From: a virus
DNA: 64,000 nt
Strand: one strand, 5' to 3'
Virus record (IMG/VR): IMGVR_UViG_3300037493_001906
Span: 54,099-118,098 of that record
Both the position numbers and the translations under genes were made by a program. This document shows, one piece after another, positions 54,319 to 63,200 of this stretch. The notes under the pieces were generated by a model. The model saw nothing but the letters and a program-made list of their open reading frames with translations, did not search any database and had not been told where the DNA came from. How positions within the stretch are numbered: the first letter of the stretch is position 1; every line of letters starts with the position of its first letter.

Positions 54319-55041
54319 ATGCAAGCATTAACTGTACAAATTAACATAGAAGAAATAAAGCTAAAACTATATGAAAAACTTAAGCCATCAGGCTGGGCAG
54401 ATAAGTTGAAAACATTTATTATGTCAGAAGACTTTGATAAATTACTCAATGCTCTCTTAAAAGAAGCACAAGAGGGTAGAAGGTTTACTCCAGTACTTAA
54501 ACAAGTATTCAGAGCCTTTGAAGAATGTCCTTATAAAGAACTTAAGGTAGTTATAATAGGTCAGGATCCTTACATCTTTCACCAAGTGGCTGATGGAATT
54601 GCCTTCTCTTGTAGTAATTTAGGTAAGATAGAGCCTAGTCTAAGGTACATATATCATGCTATAGATGAAACAGTATATCCAAATCAGGAATATGAGCACA
54701 CAGCTGATTTAGCCAGATGGTCAAATCAAGGCGTGCTTATGCTTAACTCAACTCTAACTACTACCATAAACAAGGTAGGTCAGCATTATGAGATATGGAA
54801 GCCTTTTATGACTTTCTTATTTGACTTGCTAGGATACAATAACTCAGGACTAGTATGGATATTCATGGGCAAAAAGGCAGAGGAATGGGCAGACTCTCTA
54901 CCTGATACACATCATAAACTATTTGTATCTCATCCTGCCTCAGCTGCTCATATGAAGCAAGCCACATGGGACTGTAAAGACTGCTTTAATCAAGCCAATC
55001 AAATAATTAAACAAAACAATAATCAAACTATAACATGGTAA
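54319..55041 (+). CDS. ung: Uracil-DNA glycosylase (family 1)
   Basis: VIIGQDPY, QGVLMLN, SHPAS. Confidence 0.92.
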   Translation: MQALTVQINIEEIKLKLYEKLKPSGWADKLKTFIMSEDFDKLLNALLKEAQEGRRFTPVLKQVFRAFEECPYKELKVVIIGQDPYIFHQVADGIAFSCSNLGKIEPSLRYIYHAIDETVYPNQEYEHTADLARWSNQGVLMLNSTLTTTINKVGQHYEIWKPFMTFLFDLLGYNNSGLVWIFMGKKAEEWADSLPDTHHKLFVSHPASAAHMKQATWDCKDCFNQANQIIKQNNNQTITW

Positions 55042-55358
55042 ATCTAGTAAACACATTCTATTTATTAAGTATTGTATTCATAATAATGGAAACCTATGTA
55101 TTCTTCTACCCCAAGATACTAGTAGTAAACAGCACTCTATTTAATTATCTTCAAATTGCATATGCTCTATGGACTATAATAGGTTGTTGGTCAAACAATG
55201 TCATGGCCTTTGGTATGTTGTGTAGTTTAGGATTCATCACAGGTCTTATTAAATATAAAGTCAACAAAAGATATTATGTTACTATCATCAAAGCTGACTC
55301 AATTGTCTCAAATCTTTTGTTAATAACTATTTTATTAAAGCATTTTTTATATCTTTAA
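55035..55358 (+). CDS. Multi-TM membrane protein
   Basis: Three to four hydrophobic segments. Confidence 0.6.
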   Translation: MVNLVNTFYLLSIVFIIMETYVFFYPKILVVNSTLFNYLQIAYALWTIIGCWSNNVMAFGMLCSLGFITGLIKYKVNKRYYVTIIKADSIVSNLLLITILLKHFLYL

Positions 55359-55399
55359 CCCGTAATTTATCAATTTCTAATTAATTAAAATCAAGTAAC

Positions 55400-55825
55400 A
55401 TGAGAGTTTACAAGCAATTAGCTCCTCAATTAAAGGAGAATTCAGCAGAAGTATTACATTCTATTAAGGCACGTAATATCAAGGCAAGATTGATTTACCT
55501 TGTTAATGTTTCCAAAAAGGAAACTAAATATAAAGGTGCAGTAGAAAAGTTTCTTAATAAATACTTTGTTTTAGAGCTTGGTGCTCTTGGTGTAAGTAAA
55601 CTTAATATTAAGAAAGCTGAGGTAGTAGTAAGAAAAGTTAAAGCAATTGAAAAAGCTATTGCAAAAAAGGCAGCATCTCAGAAAGCTGCAGCTAAAAAGA
55701 CAGCTAAAGTAGCTAAAAAGAAAGTAACAGCTAAAAAAGTTGCTAGCAAAAAGGTAGCTAAAAAAGCAGTTAAGAAGGTTGCTTCTAAGAAAGTAGCTAA
55801 AAAAGTAGCTAAAAAGTCTAAGTAA
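55400..55825 (+). CDS. Histone H1-like protein (AKKV repeats)
   Basis: C-terminal KKVA[KS]K repeats over ~55 aa. Confidence 0.75.
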   Translation: MRVYKQLAPQLKENSAEVLHSIKARNIKARLIYLVNVSKKETKYKGAVEKFLNKYFVLELGALGVSKLNIKKAEVVVRKVKAIEKAIAKKAASQKAAAKKTAKVAKKKVTAKKVASKKVAKKAVKKVASKKVAKKVAKKSK

Positions 55826-56025
55826 TGACTGTTATCCATGAAATAGAGCAAGTCTTATGGGTGGAAACACCCCACGGAATAGGACAAGCTCTATTTCTCA
55901 TGGATTATGGAGTTCATGAGAATACAATTTGGGTAGTGGCTTTGGAAGATTCAAAAGAAATTAAACACTACAACAGTAGACAGCTCAAAATATGCTGGAA
56001 TCATACCATCTTCGAGAAAAGTTAA
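55825..56025 (+). CDS. Hypothetical protein
   Basis: ORF track. Confidence 0.6.
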   Translation: MTVIHEIEQVLWVETPHGIGQALFLMDYGVHENTIWVVALEDSKEIKHYNSRQLKICWNHTIFEKS

Positions 56026-56468
56026 TGGATTATTGTATAAATCAACAATGTTGATGCTATACCAAACATAAGTGTAAACCCCAAATAAGAGTGTTTACTT
56101 TTTACCTCAGCAATTTTTAATTTTTTAGAGGTTATATCTAAGTTATATTTTTTAATAGATATAATATTATCCTTTATAACTAAGGATTTATTTAGTTCAA
56201 TTATCTCTCTATCCTTTATATAAAGGAGTGAATCCCTATTGTTTATCATATAATAAGCATTAGATAATAGAGTATCACAAGATTTGCTTTCTATTAAAGA
56301 GGAAGCAATCTGTTTAAGTTCACTAATACCATAACACTTTACAGTGTCTTTACCAATTTGCCCTAATGATGGAGTCCAACTGATTAACATCAGTGCTGGA
56401 ATTAATAACTTTAATTTTCTCAATGGTTCTATATTTAATTTTTGCGGGAATCTGTTTAAGACTGTCAT
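56022..56468 (-). CDS. Spanin-like protein (signal peptide, coiled coil, C-terminal TM)
   Basis: Topology only. Confidence 0.45.
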   Translation of the reverse strand: MTVLNRFPQKLNIEPLRKLKLLIPALMLISWTPSLGQIGKDTVKCYGISELKQIASSLIESKSCDTLLSNAYYMINNRDSLLYIKDREIIELNKSLVIKDNIISIKKYNLDITSKKLKIAEVKSKHSYLGFTLMFGIASTLLIYTIIH

Positions 56469-56670
56469 ATTGTAATTGTAAAGAGTCTTCCTTATGATGG
56501 ATTAAAGTAATTGTATTCTTTAATAGAGAAATGGAATCTAACAACTCTTTTTCTCTTATTTCATATAGAGGATCAATAACTGGTTCCTTAATAGGATATA
56601 TAATATATAAGGATAATACTATTCCAACTGTAAAAGGAATAAGAATATTACCTAGGCTGTTCTTGGTCAT
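56350..56670 (-). CDS. i-spanin-like protein (N-terminal TM + coiled coil)
   Basis: Topology; overlaps the next gene as Rz/Rz1 pairs do. Confidence 0.45.
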   Translation of the reverse strand: MTKNSLGNILIPFTVGIVLSLYIIYPIKEPVIDPLYEIREKELLDSISLLKNTITLIHHKEDSLQLQYDSLKQIPAKIKYRTIEKIKVINSSTDVNQLDSIIRANW

Positions 56671-56926
56671 TTGAGGGAGGATTTGTATCTTTGTTTATCT
56701 TATTTTCCCAATTATTTCCTACTGTATAAGTCACAATTAGTGCTGTTATAAGACTAGAGAGTACTGTTATAACTGAGACTAGGTTATCATGATTAGTAAA
56801 CTTATAGATTACTAATGCCATAACCCAAAATATTCCAACAGCAAGCCACTTACGTAAACTCTGGCCTTCTTTCTTATTATTCATTGAATTAAGAAAGTCT
56901 GAGGCATATGCTTTTAACTTATTCAT
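56648..56926 (-). CDS. Holin-like 2-TM protein
   Basis: SLRKWLAVGIFWVMALVIY...VITVLSSLITALIV. Confidence 0.5.
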   Translation of the reverse strand: MNKLKAYASDFLNSMNNKKEGQSLRKWLAVGIFWVMALVIYKFTNHDNLVSVITVLSSLITALIVTYTVGNNWENKINKDTNPPSNDQEQPR

Positions 56927-56962
56927 GTTATTTTAATTTAGTATATACAAAAATATAAAATT

Positions 56963-57472
56963 GTGAGAGATAAAAAAATTAAAAATAAAGAATTAGCTAA
57001 AGATATACAGTTCTTTAAAGATCATTGCTTAATAAAATTTGGATATAACATAACTATAAAAGCTAAAAAGGTGGAAAAAGAATCTAAAAAAGACATTAAT
57101 GAATTGATAATAACATTCAATGAGTTAATAGAAGTTAATAAGTCTTACTTTAAATGTAAAAACCCTAGATTAGAAATGAAAAATAGGGAGAGAGAACTCA
57201 TACTATATAGACAGATATATTATTATATAGCCTTTAAATGGGGCTATACTAAATCTAAAATTGGTGTTTTAGTAGGACAAGACCACACCACTGTTGTACA
57301 TGGTATAAATCAATTAAGAAACAAAATTCAAATAAAAGATAAATTAATTACTAACAAGTTTAATTACATATACAATGTCATCAGTACAAAATTTGGAGTT
57401 GATGGAGATGTTCCATATGATATCAGAGAAGAATTTAACCCCAAATCAATTCTATCTTCTATGTTGTCTTAA
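56963..57472 (+). CDS. Stand-alone DnaA domain IV (DnaA-box-binding HTH) protein
   Basis: RERELILYRQIYYYIA...KIGVLVGQDHTTVVHGINQ matches the DnaA C-terminal signature R..i...RQ..mY...IG..fg.rDHtTV.ha. Confidence 0.8.
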   Translation: MRDKKIKNKELAKDIQFFKDHCLIKFGYNITIKAKKVEKESKKDINELIITFNELIEVNKSYFKCKNPRLEMKNRERELILYRQIYYYIAFKWGYTKSKIGVLVGQDHTTVVHGINQLRNKIQIKDKLITNKFNYIYNVISTKFGVDGDVPYDIREEFNPKSILSSMLS

Positions 57473-58007
57473 AGAGAACACAGCTAGTCAAAATATTAAT
57501 TTACATGTAGACCTAAGATCTTTAGTAATGAATGGATTTGTTAAAGATACATCAGATACTTCAGGTAAAAGATATGAATTGCAACCCACTGCAATTAGTT
57601 TTATAGAAAAAGTTAATGGCTTCTTTAGATTACATAAAAAGAAAACCAGTAACCAAGCTATGGGTAAAGGATATGAAGATAAGATACAAGATTATTTAAA
57701 TGTCTTTCCTAAGATGAAATTGCCTAGTGGTAAGGCAGCAAGAACAGATAAGAAGAATGTAGAGGTAGCTTTTAAATGGTTCTTTGAGAATCATGAGTAT
57801 AGTTGGGAGACTATAATTCAAGCTACTACTCTATATGTAGATGAGTATAGGAGAAATAATTATAAGTACATGCAGACTTCTCAATACTTTGTTAGGAAGA
57901 TGATGTCAGATAGAACTTGGTCTTCAGAACTAGCCAATTGGTGTAGTAATGTAGAGTCAGGAGACATTGATAATGAGCAAGATTATTTCTCAGAAAAAGT
58001 AGTTTAA
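57375..58007 (+). CDS. Putative replication initiator/helicase loader
   Basis: wHTH-like N-terminus; directly before DnaB. Confidence 0.45.
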   Translation: MSSVQNLELMEMFHMISEKNLTPNQFYLLCCLKENTASQNINLHVDLRSLVMNGFVKDTSDTSGKRYELQPTAISFIEKVNGFFRLHKKKTSNQAMGKGYEDKIQDYLNVFPKMKLPSGKAARTDKKNVEVAFKWFFENHEYSWETIIQATTLYVDEYRRNNYKYMQTSQYFVRKMMSDRTWSSELANWCSNVESGDIDNEQDYFSEKVV

Positions 58008-58057
58008 ACTTTTAAAGTTTAAATGTTTTTATTACATTTGTTTAAACAAAATAAGTT

Positions 58058-59047
58058 ATGGATGATAAAAGTAAACCTTGGAAAGATCAAAAAGTTGGCT
58101 TTCAAGAGTCTCTTATTTACTTACAAGGCAGACAGAAAGGAGAAATTAAAAGCCTAAAAACACCTTGGGCAAAATGGAATGATGCAGGTACTGATGGATT
58201 TGAGTGGGGTTCAACCACTGTAATAGGAGGTAGACCTGGATCTGGAAAGACTTTAATCAAAGATCAAATTGTGCGTGAAGCTTTCAAGCTAAATGCAGGA
58301 GATGATTTTAGAGTATTGGAGTTCCAATTTGAAATGATTGCTAGAGTATCAGCTATCAGGGAGTACTCAAGTTTACTTGGTAAATCTTATAAGTATTTAT
58401 GCAGTGCAGAAGGAAAGATTAGTGATGATCATCTTGCTAAATGTTATGACTATGCCAAAGAAAGAATTAAGTACCCTATAGATATAGTAGATGATCCTTG
58501 TACAGTAAGTGAGTTCAAAGAGATAATCAAAACTTATATGAATGAACATGCCACATTTGCTGAAGGTAAAACAATCTATAAAAAGACAATCATTACACTA
58601 GACCATAGTCTTCTACTAAAGAAAGATGCCTATGAGAAAGATAAGTATGATACTCTTTATGCATTAGGTGAAGCACTAACATCACTTAAAAGACGCTTTC
58701 CAATAGCGTTTATAATCCTTAGTCAGCTTAATAGGAATGTAGATCACCCAGATAGGTGTGAGGATGGCAAGTATGGTAACTACATACTTGAGTCTGATAT
58801 GTTTGGTGCAGATGCATTGTTACAACATGCTGATATGCTAATAGGTATTAACAGACCAGCTAAGCAAAGGATAAGGTTCTATGGACCTGATAGGTATATT
58901 ATCCTAGATGATAAGACCTTAGTAATTCACTTTCTGAAGTGCAGGAATGGTGATACTAGAATGAGTTTCTTCAATGCAGAATTTGAAAGAATGAGGATAA
59001 CTGAAATGGCTACTCCTCCAACACAAGAAAAAAAAATTAAAATATGA
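58058..59047 (+). CDS. dnaB: Replicative helicase, DnaB family
   Basis: GGRPGSGKT, LEFQFEM, LDHS, LSQLNR, DALLQHAD, KCRNG. Confidence 0.9.
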   Translation: MDDKSKPWKDQKVGFQESLIYLQGRQKGEIKSLKTPWAKWNDAGTDGFEWGSTTVIGGRPGSGKTLIKDQIVREAFKLNAGDDFRVLEFQFEMIARVSAIREYSSLLGKSYKYLCSAEGKISDDHLAKCYDYAKERIKYPIDIVDDPCTVSEFKEIIKTYMNEHATFAEGKTIYKKTIITLDHSLLLKKDAYEKDKYDTLYALGEALTSLKRRFPIAFIILSQLNRNVDHPDRCEDGKYGNYILESDMFGADALLQHADMLIGINRPAKQRIRFYGPDRYIILDDKTLVIHFLKCRNGDTRMSFFNAEFERMRITEMATPPTQEKKIKI

Positions 59048-59586
59048 TTAATACAACAGACAAACCTGAAGACAAAAGGGAGAAGCTGCGTAAACTACGT
59101 GAGTTTCACCAGGAAACATTTAATGAATTAGATACACCTAATGCATTGTTTATTCCTAAAATGGCCTATAGACCTTATGGCAAAACAGATTTACATATTG
59201 GATTCTTTGCTAGTGAAATCAGCAAAGGAGAAGATGTATATGTAGAGTTCTGTAGCAAAGAGAATGTACCTGAAGATCCATTAAGAAGACTTTATAAATG
59301 GAGATTCAACCCACATTTTGAAGAAGAGTATGAGAAGACTGAACCTAATGGTATTACAGGTAATGTAAGATACTTAGTTCCAGTAGATGAACTTACTGTA
59401 GTTAAAGCAGCTGAAGAAGTTAAACCTACAGCTATTAGAACTAAAGACATAAGTTTTGATGACTTTTCTGATGCTGATACAGATCTTCCAATAGATCAGT
59501 TAACAATTAGGGATCTTGCTGCTATCCTACTACAAAGACCAGTGAGCAATAAGAAATGGTTAAACCAATTAATATCCAATAAATAA
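59044..59586 (+). CDS. Hypothetical replication-module protein
   Basis: ORF track. Confidence 0.65.
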   Translation: MINTTDKPEDKREKLRKLREFHQETFNELDTPNALFIPKMAYRPYGKTDLHIGFFASEISKGEDVYVEFCSKENVPEDPLRRLYKWRFNPHFEEEYEKTEPNGITGNVRYLVPVDELTVVKAAEEVKPTAIRTKDISFDDFSDADTDLPIDQLTIRDLAAILLQRPVSNKKWLNQLISNK

Positions 59587-60269
59587 TGGCAGATAGTGTT
59601 CTTATAATAGCCGAGTCTGGCTCAGGTAAATCAACTTCCATAGAGAACTTGAATCCTAAAGAGACATTTATTATTAATGTAGCTAATAAACCATTACCAT
59701 TTAAAGGTTGGAAGTCTATGTATATACTATGGAGTAAAGATAATCCAACAGGTAATCTTTATGCTAAGTATGATGCAGACAGCATTGTTGCTTGTATGAA
59801 ATACATAAGTGAGAAGAGACCTGAAATCAAAACCATTGTAGTAGATGACTTTCAATACATGATGGGCTTTGAGTATATGGAGAAGGCTTTAGAGAAAGGT
59901 TATGAAAAATTCACCAAGATGGCTGCTAATTTAGCCAAGGTAGCCACTCTTCCTAAAGATCTCAGAGATGACTTAACTATCTTTTTCTTGACTCACGCTG
60001 AAGAAAGTTCAGACATAGATGGAAATAGAAAATTAAAAGCTAAGACTATTGGAAAAATGGTAGATAATGTTTTAACTTTGGAGGGATTATTCTCTATAGT
60101 TTTATTTGGCAAGGTTAAGAAAGACAAAGAGCTGGGTGTTAAATACGTATTTGAAACTCAGAACAATGGTGAGAATACTTGCAAGTCTCCTAAAGGAATG
60201 TTCCCCACCTTTGAGATCTCTAATGATTTGGCTCTAGTAAAGCAAGCAATTATAAATTATGAAAATTAA
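59586..60269 (+). CDS. AAA-type ATPase (Sak4/AAA_24-like recombinase)
   Basis: IIAESGSGKSTS, VVDDFQY, LTHAE, TCKSP. Confidence 0.75.
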   Translation: MADSVLIIAESGSGKSTSIENLNPKETFIINVANKPLPFKGWKSMYILWSKDNPTGNLYAKYDADSIVACMKYISEKRPEIKTIVVDDFQYMMGFEYMEKALEKGYEKFTKMAANLAKVATLPKDLRDDLTIFFLTHAEESSDIDGNRKLKAKTIGKMVDNVLTLEGLFSIVLFGKVKKDKELGVKYVFETQNNGENTCKSPKGMFPTFEISNDLALVKQAIINYEN

Positions 60270-60283
60270 AAACGTAAAAAAAA

Positions 60284-60943
60284 ATGATTAGTACAAAAGA
60301 CATCAAAGGAAACAGTGAGGGAGGACTTCCCAAGAATTTACAACCAGGCAATCACACCTGTACAGTTAATGGAATTAAGCTTGAAGAATTCAAGTTTAAA
60401 GAAGGTGCTTTCCACATCATTTTGAATCTTGAAGGACCTAACTTAGGTTCTAATTTTGAAGGATTTTTTATTGACAAAAACAATGAATCCAAAGGAAAGC
60501 ATAAAGGTCAAGTAGGTGATGTCAAAGCAAGTGAGTGGGCATATGCTGATGGTCAAACTAAATCAGGCATTGTAGTAAAGAGAGATGATGAGATTCTTAA
60601 GCTTCTTAAGAACTTCTGTAGTGCTCTTGATATTAATGAATGGTTGGTAGATCAAGATGGTAAGCACGCTACAATTGAATCTTTAATTAGTGCTCTTAAT
60701 AAAGAGAAACCTTTTAAAGGAGTGGCTATAGACTTCTGCATTGGTGGTAAAGAATATACTAACAAGAATGGTTATACAGCATATGATATGTTCTTGCCTA
60801 AATATTCTAAAGCAGGGGCTCCATTTGGTAAAACCAAAGTAGTTACCTTTAGTGAAGCAGACCATATAAGAAGAAAGAAAGTTGAATCTGTATCTGAATT
60901 TGGAAATGATTCTAGTTCAGCTAATGGAGACTTTGAGTTGTAG
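60284..60943 (+). CDS. Single-stranded DNA-binding-like protein
   Basis: Follows the ATPase; acidic/aromatic tail GDFEL. Confidence 0.5.
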   Translation: MISTKDIKGNSEGGLPKNLQPGNHTCTVNGIKLEEFKFKEGAFHIILNLEGPNLGSNFEGFFIDKNNESKGKHKGQVGDVKASEWAYADGQTKSGIVVKRDDEILKLLKNFCSALDINEWLVDQDGKHATIESLISALNKEKPFKGVAIDFCIGGKEYTNKNGYTAYDMFLPKYSKAGAPFGKTKVVTFSEADHIRRKKVESVSEFGNDSSSANGDFEL

Positions 60944-60967
60944 ATTGATAAATTACAAACATAGGGT

Positions 60968-60994
60968 AGAGGAGATCAGTAATGGTCTCCTCTT
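60968..60994 (+). terminator. Hairpin terminator
   Basis: AGAGGAGATCA-GTAA-TGGTCTCCTCT. Confidence 0.65.
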
Positions 60995-61014
60995 CTTATT
61001 TATACTAAGGAGAC

Positions 61015-62007
61015 ATGATAAGAACAAAAGCAATTGTTTCAGATTTAACTGAGGTACCTAGAGAATGGGTATATGAAAACTATCTGAAACTTCAAGAAAA
61101 ATTAACAGGGCAAAATTTAATGATATTATCTCCATTTAATGTGGCAGATAAGAGACCTTCATTTGGTATCTATGTCAGTGAAAAAGACAATAGAACCTAT
61201 AGGTTTAGAGATTTTAGTACAGGTATATCAGGTGATGGAATATCTTTAGTACAAAATATATTTCACTTAACAACTAGAGGTGAGGCAGCTCATAAGATTA
61301 TTGAAGACTACAATCAGTATGTTCTTAATAATAAGGATGACTATTCTCACCGTGAGTTTAAAGTACAAACTAAGTATAAGGTAATTCAATTTGTTAAAGC
61401 AGAATGGAATAATCTAGATGCAAAGTTCTGGGGCAAGTTTCATATTGGCTCAAGACTTCTAGAGAAGTATAATGTATTTCCATTAAGCTCTTATACAATG
61501 CAAAAGGATTCAGATGGTTATATACAAGAGCTTGTTATTACAGGTAGACATAACATCTATGGTTACTTTAGGACTGATGGTACTCTTTATAAGATATACC
61601 AACCCTATCTAAGAGATACTAAGTTTATTAAAGTAAGAGATTATATCCAAGGCACAGACCAACTTACTTATAAAACAAAGTATCTAGTAATATGTAGCTC
61701 ATTAAAAGATATGATGTGTCTGATGAAGCTAGGCTATAAAGATTTAGAAGTTGTAGCACCTGACAGTGAGAATACATTAATCCCAGTACATGTTATGAAT
61801 GCTTATAGATTAAAGTATCAGAACATATGTACTCTGTTTGATGTAGATCAGCCAGGTTTATTAGCTATGGAAAACTACAAGAATAAGTATGGTACTGAAA
61901 GTGTTATTCTAAATCTATCTAAAGATTTGAGTGACTCTGTAAGAGACCATGGAGTAAACAAAGTAAGAGAAGTATTAACCCCATTATTAAAACAAGCATT
62001 ATGTTAG
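61015..62007 (+). CDS. DNA primase (TOPRIM)
   Basis: FRDFSTG, SSLKD, LFDVDQPG, KDLSD. Confidence 0.75.
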   Translation: MIRTKAIVSDLTEVPREWVYENYLKLQEKLTGQNLMILSPFNVADKRPSFGIYVSEKDNRTYRFRDFSTGISGDGISLVQNIFHLTTRGEAAHKIIEDYNQYVLNNKDDYSHREFKVQTKYKVIQFVKAEWNNLDAKFWGKFHIGSRLLEKYNVFPLSSYTMQKDSDGYIQELVITGRHNIYGYFRTDGTLYKIYQPYLRDTKFIKVRDYIQGTDQLTYKTKYLVICSSLKDMMCLMKLGYKDLEVVAPDSENTLIPVHVMNAYRLKYQNICTLFDVDQPGLLAMENYKNKYGTESVILNLSKDLSDSVRDHGVNKVREVLTPLLKQALC

Positions 62008-62135
62008 AAGAACTAGATATACATTTTCAAAAGCTTGGTTGGAGAGATACAACAGAAGCTTATTATGGATTAGACTTTACACCTTTTATGAATGTCATAG
62101 AAGATTATATTAACTCACTAAACAAACAAGACTAA
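62001..62135 (+). CDS. 44-aa peptide ending INSLNKQD
   Basis: Manual translation. Confidence 0.55.
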   Translation: MLEELDIHFQKLGWRDTTEAYYGLDFTPFMNVIEDYINSLNKQD

Positions 62136-62136
62136 T

Positions 62137-62679
62137 ATGAAAGGAACACTACATAAAATAGAAAGAGGCTGGGTTGTAAAACAACTAATAAAAGAAGGTC
62201 CAAATGCCAAACTAATTTATCAATATCCACTAATAGACAATGGTCATATAGATGGTTTAATGTTGTATGACTCTAATGAAGGTCAAGAAGTAGAATTTGA
62301 GATTGTAGATGAGATAATAGATCTAGGTAGACATGGTTCTACAGTAGTAGAAAAAGCTAAACTTTTAGATAAATGGATAACCATGATGGAAGGTGATATA
62401 ACTGTAAACTTTAAACCAATGCCTGAGTTTGATGATCCCAAATATCCTGAAGTAAAGATTATATGTCCAAGATGTAAAACTCTTATGCCTTGTGAGTGTA
62501 ATCCTCCTAGACAAACTAGTTTACTAAACAGCATTAGAACTAATTCTTCTTGGGATACTATAATCAAAGAGTTTCACATAGCTACACAACAAGTTGAGAA
62601 AGGATTTACCCCTCTTATATTTGAGTGCTGGTTAATAGAGAACTATAACCCACCAACTAAAAAAACAAGACTAATATGA
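62137..62679 (+). CDS. Mosaic hypothetical protein with CPRC zinc motif
   Basis: ORF track. Confidence 0.6.
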   Translation: MKGTLHKIERGWVVKQLIKEGPNAKLIYQYPLIDNGHIDGLMLYDSNEGQEVEFEIVDEIIDLGRHGSTVVEKAKLLDKWITMMEGDITVNFKPMPEFDDPKYPEVKIICPRCKTLMPCECNPPRQTSLLNSIRTNSSWDTIIKEFHIATQQVEKGFTPLIFECWLIENYNPPTKKTRLI

Positions 62680-62909
62680 AAAACATAACAATAAAATCAG
62701 TAACACATTGTCCAACTTGTAATAGTGAATGTAAAGTAAATGGTGGCACTACACAATATTACGTTCCTATTAAAAAATACACAGAGGAAGATATTAGAAA
62801 AGTTATTGATGAAACAATAAAGGCTTGTAACATTTCTCAAAAGGAATCTTATGGAGATTTAGAAATTGATACTGATAAAATTATTAACTCACTAAACAAA
62901 CAAGACTAA
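62676..62909 (+). CDS. Hypothetical protein ending INSLNKQD
   Basis: ORF track. Confidence 0.6.
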   Translation: MKNITIKSVTHCPTCNSECKVNGGTTQYYVPIKKYTEEDIRKVIDETIKACNISQKESYGDLEIDTDKIINSLNKQD

Positions 62910-63052
62910 TGAAGATACTAATGGGAATATTACTGGTTATACTAGGTATAACACTAACAGCATGTGCAATAATATTACTCTATCTGTTTTGGTTTAAAGC
63001 CATACCAGATTTTTGGAAAATGATCATTAAAAAACAAGACCATGATAAATAA
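62909..63052 (+). CDS. 47-aa membrane peptide
   Basis: MKILMGILLVILGITLTACAIILLYLFWF...KKQDHDK*. Confidence 0.5.
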   Translation: MKILMGILLVILGITLTACAIILLYLFWFKAIPDFWKMIIKKQDHDK

Positions 63053-63200
63053 GAAAAACCTGATAATATATGTGCTTAGTAGTATAGTATTAATAAGCCT
63101 TATAGGAACTCTTTCTAATACCCCTGGGTTCTTAGCAATTATTTCCTACTGCCTAGGTATGACTACAATGATAACAATTAAAAAACAAGACAATGAATAA
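63042..63200 (+). CDS. 52-aa 2-TM peptide
   Basis: MINKKNLIIYVLSSIVLISLIG...KKQDNE*. Confidence 0.5.
   Translation: MINKKNLIIYVLSSIVLISLIGTLSNTPGFLAIISYCLGMTTMITIKKQDNE

Noticed and set aside
47754-55041. tdk and ung as signs of modified-base DNA
   Set aside because: Both are common phage salvage and repair genes; UDG fits ordinary thymine DNA, and no base-modification enzymes are seen in the window.
41402-62567. Antisense or overlapping ORF-track entries starting at 41402, 45148, 45177, 46742, 49350, 49720, 51334, 51736, 53284, 60683 and 62283
   Set aside because: Shadow frames of real plus-strand genes; 49720 is simply the reverse reading of the attC-like hairpin.
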